From NCBI GenBank assembly GCA_039698055.1, contig JBDKTL010000016.1, positions 58,820-122,819 on the forward strand: 64,000 nucleotides of DNA, in the 5' to 3' direction. The DNA is from Methanoregula sp. Lineage in GTDB: Archaea > Halobacteriota > Methanomicrobia > Methanomicrobiales > Methanospirillaceae. The position numbers were made by a program, and so were the translations under genes. Under the pieces are notes generated by a model, which saw only the letters and a program-made list of their open reading frames with translations, did not search any database and was not told the origin of the DNA. This document shows, in pieces, positions 10,415-18,739 of this stretch (position 1 is the stretch's first letter; each line of letters opens with the position of its first letter).

Positions 10415-11599
10415 ATGAAAGTTCCCGCTTCCGAACTTAATGACCGCATGAACCGTTTCCGGGCACGGATGGATCTAACCAGCCCCGACTGGAAGGTCGC
10501 GGTGATACTGGAACGCATCCACCTCTACTATTTTACCGGCACGCTGCAGGACGGCATGCTCGTCATTACCCGGGATCATGAGCCGGTATTCTGGGTGCGG
10601 CGGAGTTACGAACGGGCGGTGGCCGAATCCCTGTTCCCGTGTATCCGGAAGATGAGGAGTTACCGTGACGCCGCCGCTGCAATGGGGCCCCTGCCAAAAA
10701 CGGTATACATGGAAACCAACCTTGTTACCCTTGCGCAACTCCAGCGGCTGCAAAAATATTTCCCCTTTACCGATATCCGGCCGGTTGACGAACAGGTAGC
10801 GGCGGTCCGGTCCGTGAAGAGCGCTTATGAACTGTCCCTTATGGAACATGCCGGGGAGATCCACCGGCATGTTCTTGAGGATTGCGTACCGGCGCTTCTT
10901 TTGGAAGGGATGAACGAGGTGGAACTCTCAAGCGATCTCTACTCGCTTATGGTGCGGGAAGGTCACCAGGGCATTATCCGGTTTGGGATGTTCAACGAGA
11001 TGGTGCTTGGCCAGATCGGGTTTGGGACCAGTTCAATCTCTCCAACCTGCGTGAATACCCCGGGGGGAATTTATGGCCTGCACCCGTCAGTCCCGCTGAT
11101 GGGGTGCCGTGAGCGGGACCTAAAAAAAGGAGATCTTGTCCTTGTTGATATCGGGTGCGGGTACAAAGGATACCAGACCGATAAAACCCAGACGTATATG
11201 TTTGGGAAACCGATTCCTGAAGATGCCATTCGGATCCATTACCAGTGCGTGGATATCCAGGACCAGATCGCGGCATACCTGAAACCAGGAGCGATCCCAT
11301 CAGAGATCTATACGAACGTCATGGAAAGTCTCGCGCCTGAATTTTTAAAAAATTTCATGGGATACGGGGATAACACGGTCAACTTTCTTGGCCATGGTAT
11401 CGGGCTGTGGATCGATGAAACCCCCGTAATCGCACAGGGATTTGATGAACCGCTGCAGGAGGGAATGGTGTTTGCGATTGAACCAAAGAAAGGAATCCGG
11501 GATGTCGGACTTGTAGGCATCGAGAACACGTTTGTCGTAACCCCGCAGGGAGGCCGGAGCATTACCGGAAAGAACCGGGGACTGATACCAGTATACTGA
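10415..11599 (+). CDS. Xaa-Pro peptidase (M24 family)
   Basis: LVDIG..GYQTDKTQT, GHGIGL, FAIEPK, VGIENT metal-binding motifs. Confidence 0.9.
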   Translation: MKVPASELNDRMNRFRARMDLTSPDWKVAVILERIHLYYFTGTLQDGMLVITRDHEPVFWVRRSYERAVAESLFPCIRKMRSYRDAAAAMGPLPKTVYMETNLVTLAQLQRLQKYFPFTDIRPVDEQVAAVRSVKSAYELSLMEHAGEIHRHVLEDCVPALLLEGMNEVELSSDLYSLMVREGHQGIIRFGMFNEMVLGQIGFGTSSISPTCVNTPGGIYGLHPSVPLMGCRERDLKKGDLVLVDIGCGYKGYQTDKTQTYMFGKPIPEDAIRIHYQCVDIQDQIAAYLKPGAIPSEIYTNVMESLAPEFLKNFMGYGDNTVNFLGHGIGLWIDETPVIAQGFDEPLQEGMVFAIEPKKGIRDVGLVGIENTFVVTPQGGRSITGKNRGLIPVY

Positions 11600-11716
11600 T
11601 CAGGTCAAGACACCATGAGGAGGTTCCGGATTTCCCCGGGGTATTAGCAACCCGGAAACCGCCCACCGGCATGTTCATTGCCGGCCAGATTGGTGAAGGT
11701 TATCATTTAAAAAAAG

Positions 11717-12319
11717 TTACATCTTGATCTGCGCAAGCACGTCGTATGCCATTTTCTTAAAGACGGCCGGATCAATAGTGGGATACTGCTCTTTTGCCAT
11801 CACCACATCCTTACCCTCGCCCTTTGCGAACGCTTCGACCCGGTCGAGTGTCCGGGCAGCGGTATCGAGCACCCAGAGATCCCGGGTTTCCTTGTCCACA
11901 ACGTTGATCGATTCGATCCGGACGGATACCAGCGGTGCACTCGCCGGATCTTTCTGGTAGATGGAAGGCTTCCCGACAACCGCGACAAATGCAGGTGTTT
12001 CGATCTTTGCCAGCTGCTGCATCGCCTCGGGCTGGTAACTTCCCGCCATGATAAAGAATGTGCCGGTCGGATCGACAACCCGTCCCCGGTAGAACACATT
12101 CTGGTCGCCCTGCCGCTGCTTTTCAGTGAGCGTACCGATCAGGAAAATCCGGTTGGAACGCTCCCCTGTCGGGAGCAGGACAAACGTCGGGCTCTTCTCG
12201 TCCTCGCCATCCTTAAACGAGTACCGGCATTCGCGCAGCTCGGCAGCAAAAACTCTCCGGGCCGGCTCGCGTTCAAATGCAACATCTTTCCTTCCCATGT
12301 CCCGTGCGTTCATGCTCAT
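11717..12319 (-). CDS. RPA-associated OB-fold nucleic-acid-binding protein
   Basis: REPARRVFAAEL, LLPTGE..NRIF..GTLTE, DPTGTF; coupled to the RPA gene. Confidence 0.82.
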   Translation of the reverse strand: MSMNARDMGRKDVAFEREPARRVFAAELRECRYSFKDGEDEKSPTFVLLPTGERSNRIFLIGTLTEKQRQGDQNVFYRGRVVDPTGTFFIMAGSYQPEAMQQLAKIETPAFVAVVGKPSIYQKDPASAPLVSVRIESINVVDKETRDLWVLDTAARTLDRVEAFAKGEGKDVVMAKEQYPTIDPAVFKKMAYDVLAQIKM

Positions 12320-13572
12320 GGCGCACCTCCGGCGCGGTTCAAGAGCGCTGAATGTTCCCCGCTTTCGAATTTCGCCGGCTCGCAGGTATTGACCAGCAGC
12401 CGGTTCTCGATCTCACGACCGGTGCAGATCACGTACCGGCCAAGTATCGCATCCCGCATCCGGAGGAACACCTCGTCCATCCCGAGAGGGTTATTCTCCG
12501 CGATCTCTTTTGCCGTATCGAGCGTGATTTTTGTCAGTGACTCGACAACCTCGCGCTGCATCAGGATATTGTGCGTCTTCTCCCCATCGTCCAGCCACCC
12601 CTTGATCCGCAGATCATAGACAAAATTGGGCTGGATCTCGTGCACCGGACAGTAATTCTGGCGCGAGAGCGCGCGGTTGCATCCCTCCAACGGGCAGCGC
12701 TTGATAATCCCGGAACCGGGTGCGATGTGAACCATCGCGCCGCGTACCGTCACTTCACCCCCGCTCAGTGTGGCAATATCGCCATCCTCCTGCATGATTG
12801 TCGCGGTGGTCAGGTTCAGCGAGAGCCTGCCGTTGAACTCGTCAACCTGGCAATAGAAAATGGAATAGACCGAACCCATGGCAAGCCGCTCTTTACCGGG
12901 TTCTTTCCAGATCACGAACTTAATCGTGCCTGTCTCATCGCCCAAAAGCCCTGACTGGAGCATCCGTTCGTGCGTGGATTCCCATTCCTGCACCACCTTT
13001 GCACGGACACTTGCCACACCGGTGCGGAGAGAATTAATCGGTACGGGTGTGGGAATGAGCGGATCGGTTGTCCCGAGCTCCTTAACTGTGGTGCCGGAAT
13101 GAATCTTGAGGCTGGGGATTCCCTTGTATTCGTCGACAACTGCGGATTCAATACGATACCACCCACCCTCAGTCATGAGCGGGGCATTTGACTTTGCCCA
13201 GGCCACAAACCGGATTCCCCCGGACTCATCAGCGATGATGCCGCTTTGGGCAATCACCGGTGAGGCGGGCGATGCAAGTGACACCACTTTTCCTTCGATG
13301 GTCACCCAATCGCCCGGCACAGAGTCCGCGATCTTCTTCTGTTCTGTCGCGCCACCCGGACTTGTCCCGCCACTGCCCGGACTCGTAACCGGGATATTGA
13401 ACTCTTTGTAGAGTTCGTTTGTCACGCTACGCTCTGCTTCTGATGGCTGGACGCCGAACTCTTCAATGAGCCGGCGTAGTTTGCCTTCGATCTTCTGGCG
13501 ATCAACCGTTTGTCCTTTCTGTGAAAACTTACGGGAGATTCTTTCTGCTGTTTCGGAAAAATCCATGTTCAT
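12316..13572 (-). CDS. Replication protein A (multi-OB fold, Zn finger)
   Basis: Repeated OB folds (ADESG.I.F..W, GDETGTIKF..W), RCPLEGCNR..CPVH Zn finger, LDDG; start MNMDFS. Confidence 0.9.
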   Translation of the reverse strand: MNMDFSETAERISRKFSQKGQTVDRQKIEGKLRRLIEEFGVQPSEAERSVTNELYKEFNIPVTSPGSGGTSPGGATEQKKIADSVPGDWVTIEGKVVSLASPASPVIAQSGIIADESGGIRFVAWAKSNAPLMTEGGWYRIESAVVDEYKGIPSLKIHSGTTVKELGTTDPLIPTPVPINSLRTGVASVRAKVVQEWESTHERMLQSGLLGDETGTIKFVIWKEPGKERLAMGSVYSIFYCQVDEFNGRLSLNLTTATIMQEDGDIATLSGGEVTVRGAMVHIAPGSGIIKRCPLEGCNRALSRQNYCPVHEIQPNFVYDLRIKGWLDDGEKTHNILMQREVVESLTKITLDTAKEIAENNPLGMDEVFLRMRDAILGRYVICTGREIENRLLVNTCEPAKFESGEHSALLNRAGGAP

Positions 13573-13688
13573 ACATCTCCAGATAACTATCGGTTCTTCC
13601 AAGGGGTATATATTGCGAAGTATGCGCAGTGAAAGTGAAACTGACGCGATGGTGAGATTTATGAGCCGGCAGGGGAATTTAGTATGAT

Positions 13689-13883
13689 ATGGCTGAATTA
13701 ACTGCTGATTCCACGATCTACGATCTCCTGCAGGCAAAACCAGAATCGACTGAAGCCCTCTTCAAGTTCGGCATGGGCTGTGTCGGGTGTGCAATTGCCC
13801 GTGGCGAAACCATCCGCCAGGCTGCCGAAGCACATGGCATTCCCCTTCCCGAGCTCTTAAAGGCACTCGGAATCAAGGAATAA
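13689..13883 (+). CDS. DUF1858 family small Cys protein
   Basis: GMGCVGCAIARGETIRQAAEAHGI. Confidence 0.88.
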   Translation: MAELTADSTIYDLLQAKPESTEALFKFGMGCVGCAIARGETIRQAAEAHGIPLPELLKALGIKE

Positions 13884-13887
13884 ATTC

Positions 13888-14757
13888 CTATTTTCTCTCT
13901 TTCAGGTGCCTCAGTTCTTCAAGCGATGCACCCGGATATTTTTTCAGGTAATCTGCAACCTCCGGCTCGTGCACCAGCGTGCACCGGGCGCAGTTCCAGA
14001 CCTGCCCGTGGTTTGAACTCGTTGTCCAGTCCCCGAGACGTTCGTCCCCGCACGGGTAGAACGGGCAGTAGCAGAAGTCACACCGCTGCCCCTCAAAATG
14101 GCAGGGATAATAGGGACAGTTCTCCGGTGTCCACTCAACCCAGTGCTCACCATTGAACCGGCTGTAGATGAAAAACGCCGGCCGTGTAACCCCTCCGGGA
14201 TTTTTCGAGCGGGAAAGCGCTTCCGGCACACCTTTCTGCACCGTGAAAAACACCCTCTCGCGGATGCCGGCGATCCGTTCCGCCGACATCTGGTGAACCT
14301 CCCCTTCGCATGCAGTGATGATGGCATTTGTAGTCGGGCCGGGGATATCGTGTCCCGATGCAAGCAGCGCCCGGGTTTTCGCCTCCGTGGCGACCATGAT
14401 CATTTCGAGCAGGGTCGAATCTGCCATGCCCTCGCTACTGTACACGATAATGTTTACCATCCCGGTATCCGGTACCGTTTCGGTTCCAGCCGTCACAAAC
14501 ACCGTAATAAAGTCATACTGAAGCACACAGAGGCTTGTGATCGGGACGGCGGTCAGTACTCCGAAAAATTCCCTGCTGATCCCGGATCCTGCGGCAACCC
14601 GCTCCAGCTCTTTTACCGGATCGCTCCAACTTGTATTTGTTTTCACCATATGGTTCAGGAGAGTTGAGACACTCATGATCCCCCCGCCGCTACCTGTACT
14701 GGCGGCGCGGAACGCCCCGTGGATGAAAAGAGTCGTGGCATCGAGATAGTAGCGCAT
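13888..14757 (-). CDS. CbiZ-like (adenosylcobinamide amidohydrolase) domain fused to Cys-rich small domain
   Basis: AASTG..GG, LLNH, GVLTAV, TVFVTAG, ATEAK, followed by CPYYPCH..CDFCYCPFYPC..WNCARC; start MRYYLD. Confidence 0.75.
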   Translation of the reverse strand: MRYYLDATTLFIHGAFRAASTGSGGGIMSVSTLLNHMVKTNTSWSDPVKELERVAAGSGISREFFGVLTAVPITSLCVLQYDFITVFVTAGTETVPDTGMVNIIVYSSEGMADSTLLEMIMVATEAKTRALLASGHDIPGPTTNAIITACEGEVHQMSAERIAGIRERVFFTVQKGVPEALSRSKNPGGVTRPAFFIYSRFNGEHWVEWTPENCPYYPCHFEGQRCDFCYCPFYPCGDERLGDWTTSSNHGQVWNCARCTLVHEPEVADYLKKYPGASLEELRHLKERK

Positions 14758-14933
14758 ACGGCAATCGACCTGATACTTGTGATATTTGCGCACATCCGAT
14801 AGTAAGATTTTGATACCTATGCCCGTAACAGGGACGAGCCTTAGATATGACACTACCCCGGGGCCACGCAAAGAAATGGTACGGTGCCCGAGAGACGCGA
14901 ATCGTGGCGACGAAAAAAAATGATAAAATGATA

Positions 14934-15296
14934 TTATGCAACCGAGTATCGCCTGCGGTCTTTTAATTCCTGCTGTTTGCCGGCATTCCAGCCGGAAACA
15001 TCCTGCAGGTAACCGGTAACCCTGCTGATTTGGACGACGTCGTGCGAACCGCATTCAGGGCAGACTGGTTTGCCGCAGAGGGGACAGTACTCGATTCCCG
15101 AGGTCATTTCATGGGTGCAGTGACAGCTGTCGAGCGGGCACATGATCTCCAGATGAGTCTCGCCACAGTTGGGGCATGGGTCTTCATCAACGATAAGGTG
15201 ACAGGTATGGCACTTGTATTGTCGTTCGTTTTTGGGGATATCTTCAAGTTTTTTGTATTTTTTGGCTATTTCCGCTTGTTCGTTGCTCCAATCCAT
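14934..15296 (-). CDS. Small multi-Zn-ribbon protein with NrdD-type C-terminal glycyl-radical motif
   Basis: Several CxxC pairs then CPECGS..ISRVTGYL..WNAGKQQELKDR. Confidence 0.85.
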   Translation of the reverse strand: MDWSNEQAEIAKKYKKLEDIPKNERQYKCHTCHLIVDEDPCPNCGETHLEIMCPLDSCHCTHEMTSGIEYCPLCGKPVCPECGSHDVVQISRVTGYLQDVSGWNAGKQQELKDRRRYSVA

Positions 15297-15411
15297 ACAA
15301 CTACATCGCAACACTCCTTAATAAATATTTAGACGATGCAGGTTGGGGGGTCTGGCAATTCGTGGATATCCTGCCGTGCATCGCGGTATCGGATAATAAA
15401 ATGAAGCGGGT

Positions 15412-16062
15412 TTAATACGCGGGATGAATTTTCCTGACGTGGGCATACGCTTGTGCCGCCTTGGCCGGATCTGCGGCATCATAGATGGAGCGCCCGACAA
15501 TTATGCCGTCCACCAGCGAGGCAACCGCGTCCGCATCCCCGCCCTGCGCTCCGATTCCCGGCGAAAGGATCTTATGACGCCCGACAAAACCCCGCAGGAC
15601 TTTTACCCGGTCCGGGCGGGTGGCGGGGGCAATAATCCCGTCGGCACCCGCAATCATCGCATCGGATGCGATCTGTTCTGCCACACCCCCGGAAAAGAAC
15701 TCTTTTCCCCCGGGGTGGCTCATCTCCGCGACTACGTAGCAGGCGCCTTTATGCTGTTGGGCAATTTCAACGCATGCTTTCATGGAGTCCATGCCGACAA
15801 AACCGTGGCAGATAACCGCAGCGCATCCCGCGTCAAACACCCGTTCACAGATCAGCTCGTTGGTATTTGGGATATCGGCGACTTTGAAATCGGCGATGAT
15901 CGGGAGTTTTTCTTCTGCGAGATCCTGTACGATGGATAACCCACAGGAAAGGACAAGCGGGTAGCCGATCTTTATCACATCGATGTAGGGAGCGCACGCA
16001 TGCGCGATCCCGCGTGCCTTTTTCCTGTCGGAAACGTCCAGTGCGAGAATCAGGTCAGCCAT
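15412..16062 (-). CDS. pyrF: Orotidine-5'-phosphate decarboxylase
   Basis: LILALDV, IKIG, ADFKVADIPNT, SPGIGAQGG, IVGRSIY. Confidence 0.96.
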   Translation of the reverse strand: MADLILALDVSDRKKARGIAHACAPYIDVIKIGYPLVLSCGLSIVQDLAEEKLPIIADFKVADIPNTNELICERVFDAGCAAVICHGFVGMDSMKACVEIAQQHKGACYVVAEMSHPGGKEFFSGGVAEQIASDAMIAGADGIIAPATRPDRVKVLRGFVGRHKILSPGIGAQGGDADAVASLVDGIIVGRSIYDAADPAKAAQAYAHVRKIHPAY

Positions 16063-16993
16063 GGTGTAACCGCTCCATCACCGCGGCGACCAGAACCGGC
16101 AGGGTAATGGTCGCGTCACCGTACACGGTCACGGCCTGCGCCTCCTCCGTAATCTTTCCCCACGAGCGGGCTTCATCAAGTGTCGCACCCGAGAGGCCGC
16201 CGAGGTCCGGCCGGTCTCCTGTCAGCTGGACCGCATAATCAAAACCGTTGGGGGTCATGAGCATACTCTGGAGGATGAAGTTTTTCGGGACTCCCCCTCC
16301 GACAAGCATAGCCCCGGCTTTCTTTGTCGAGAAACAGGTGTCCATGAGTGCCGGCATGTCCGCAAACGCGTCCACCGTCACCTTATTGGTCTGGGAAAAG
16401 AGCCAGTACTGGAGCCCGACCATGGAGTCCTGCACTGCGGGGCAGTAGATGGGGACCTCGTTTTTTGCCGCGGCATGAAGTATGCCGGATTTGAGGTTTG
16501 AGCCGATATGGCGGAGGAGCCCGGAGATGGAGATTTTGCTTTCAGGTTCGAGTTTCCCGTATACGTCCTGCATGAACTCCTCGAAATGCTCGAACGCTTC
16601 GTTGGGAAGATAAACATCGTAAATCCGGTTGATCTCATCGTGCCGGAGCTCGATATCGTTGCAGAACGCGGTGCCGTGGAAGTGCCGGCACCCGATCGCT
16701 TCAATGATATCGTGCGTAAGGTTTGCACCGGTTGAAACGAGGATGTCGATATGGCCTTGCCTGATCAGGTCAGAAACAATCCCGCCCATGCCGGCCGGCA
16801 CCATAGCGCCGGCAAGACCGAAGAATTTTGTTGCCTTTTCGTCCCGCAGCATATGCTCGTAAATATTTGCTGCATGATACAGTGAGCCCCCGTTGTATGC
16901 CCCGGCTTTTCCCATCGCGTTGACCAGTTCGTTGACCGTCATGCCCGGTTGTATGTGCATCTGGGTGACCGGTTCATCGCATTGTTTTGCCAA
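16055..16993 (-). CDS. dys: Deoxyhypusine synthase
   Basis: GAMVPAG, STGANLTHD, RIYDV, GGGVPKN, GGLSGATLDEARSWGK, GDATITLP; TTG start chosen after GGGAGG SD (ATG at 17023 is an alternative). Confidence 0.93.
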   Translation of the reverse strand: MAKQCDEPVTQMHIQPGMTVNELVNAMGKAGAYNGGSLYHAANIYEHMLRDEKATKFFGLAGAMVPAGMGGIVSDLIRQGHIDILVSTGANLTHDIIEAIGCRHFHGTAFCNDIELRHDEINRIYDVYLPNEAFEHFEEFMQDVYGKLEPESKISISGLLRHIGSNLKSGILHAAAKNEVPIYCPAVQDSMVGLQYWLFSQTNKVTVDAFADMPALMDTCFSTKKAGAMLVGGGVPKNFILQSMLMTPNGFDYAVQLTGDRPDLGGLSGATLDEARSWGKITEEAQAVTVYGDATITLPVLVAAVMERLHHG

Positions 16994-17170
16994 AAGACTC
17001 CCTCCCGGTTTGTTGTAAGACATTTGTTTTTTGGGCTGATAACTGTGCGTCAGGCAGGCTGTCCTGGTATCTTCGTGCCGGTTTCCCAATCAACCGGACT
17101 GCAATAACCGTTCGGGGAAGCATTCATATAAACACACACATACATTCCCCTCTAACGGGAACTGGTACAT

Positions 17171-18619
17171 ATGAGTGAAATGTCTGCACCTCAGAAAATG
17201 TCGCCAAAAGATCTGATGATCGTCATCGTTGTCGCGCTGGGATCGTTCATGGCCGGCCTTGATGCGACGATTGTGAATATTGCCCTTCCCGCGATTGCAA
17301 AATCCTTTGATGTATCCACCGTTGCCGTCTCCTGGGTGCTCAACGCGTACCTGATTGTCCTTGTCAGTCTCCTGCTCGCGGCATCGCGTCTTGGGGACAT
17401 GAAAGGGTACCGGAACGTGTTCCTCGGCGGCTTTGCACTTTTTACCACGGGCTCCCTGCTCTGCGGGCTCTCGCCAACCCTTGATATTCTCATTTTATCC
17501 CGGATGGTGCAGGCTGTGGGTGGTGCCGTCATCTCCGCGTTAGGGGCCGTCATGGTCACCTCGTACCTTTCTGCATCCCTGCGGGGACAGGCGCTGGGTA
17601 TCGTCGCTATGTTCACGATGCTCGGGGCAGCACTAGGTCCGGTTGTCGGCGGGTTTTTGACCAGTGTATTTTCCTGGCAGTACATTTTCTTTGTGAACAT
17701 TCCGGTTGGGATCATTGCGATCTTCCTTGGCATGCACATTATCCCGCGCCTTGCCCCGGTCTCACCTTCGGCAAAGATGGATCATGGTGGAATTGTTCTG
17801 GTATTCGTGGCTCTTGGCACCCTGATCTTCGGCCTGACGACACTTCAGGGAACACAGCCGGTGATGGGAATCGCTGCTCTTGTGATCTCTACGATCTTCT
17901 GGATCCTGTTCTACGTGCAGGAACGGCGTAACGGGGAACCGCTTGTCAATATCTCCCTGTTTTCCAACCGGGCATATTCTCTTCAGAACGTGTGTGTCCT
18001 GCTCATCCAGATGGCGATGAGCGGCGTCATGGTTATCATGCCGTTCTATCTCGAAATTGTCAAAAAGATCCCGATTGACAACGCGGGCACGATCCTGCTG
18101 GCGCTTCCCGTTGGTATGATTGTCACCGCCCCCATTGCCGGGAAAATCTCGGACGTGATCGGGACAAAGAAACCCATCATCACCGGTTTTGTACTATGTG
18201 CAGTTGCGCTGTTCTTTTTCTCGACGATTTCTGCTGATACGAGCATCGGACATGTCTGTATCTACCTTCTCCTGCTCGGGGCAGGCACCGGTATTGCATT
18301 CTCGCCCCTGAACAGTGCCGTGATGGGCGAATGCCCGGCAAAAGATCGTGGGTCGACAAGCGGGCTTGTGAAGGTGATGACAAATCTCGGGTCATCGCTT
18401 GGTGTCGCAACCGTCATGCTCGTTGCCATGATAGCAGCCGGGCCAAAACTTGCCGAGTATTCCGCCCATTCGATTGCTTCAGCAGAACTCGCGGGTGCGT
18501 TTGATGCGACGTTCCTGTTCTGCATGGTGCTTGAGATTATCGGGATCGTGCTGATGCTTGTGGTGAAAGAAAAAGAGCCATCGGACGAGTGTGGCGGCGA
18601 AGTGGGGATTGGGTTTTAG
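17171..18619 (+). CDS. MFS drug:H+ antiporter (DHA2/EmrB-like, ~14 TMS)
   Basis: LDATIVNIALP, WVLNAY, SRLGDMKG, GPVVGG, WQYIFFVNIPVG. Confidence 0.92.
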   Translation: MSEMSAPQKMSPKDLMIVIVVALGSFMAGLDATIVNIALPAIAKSFDVSTVAVSWVLNAYLIVLVSLLLAASRLGDMKGYRNVFLGGFALFTTGSLLCGLSPTLDILILSRMVQAVGGAVISALGAVMVTSYLSASLRGQALGIVAMFTMLGAALGPVVGGFLTSVFSWQYIFFVNIPVGIIAIFLGMHIIPRLAPVSPSAKMDHGGIVLVFVALGTLIFGLTTLQGTQPVMGIAALVISTIFWILFYVQERRNGEPLVNISLFSNRAYSLQNVCVLLIQMAMSGVMVIMPFYLEIVKKIPIDNAGTILLALPVGMIVTAPIAGKISDVIGTKKPIITGFVLCAVALFFFSTISADTSIGHVCIYLLLLGAGTGIAFSPLNSAVMGECPAKDRGSTSGLVKVMTNLGSSLGVATVMLVAMIAAGPKLAEYSAHSIASAELAGAFDATFLFCMVLEIIGIVLMLVVKEKEPSDECGGEVGIGF

Positions 18620-18739
18620 TACACCGCAAAACGGCAACTCCTTCTTTTTGCCATTTGTAAAGGAACAGGCTTTAAAAAAAAATCGAAAGATAGATGGTGG
18701 AACGCCCGCGTATCTATCATACAAGAGGCATCTTTTGTC

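Noticed and set aside
14758-14933. Possible cobalamin riboswitch upstream of the cbiZ-like gene
   Set aside because: No B12-box or GCCACTG-type core found on the coding strand
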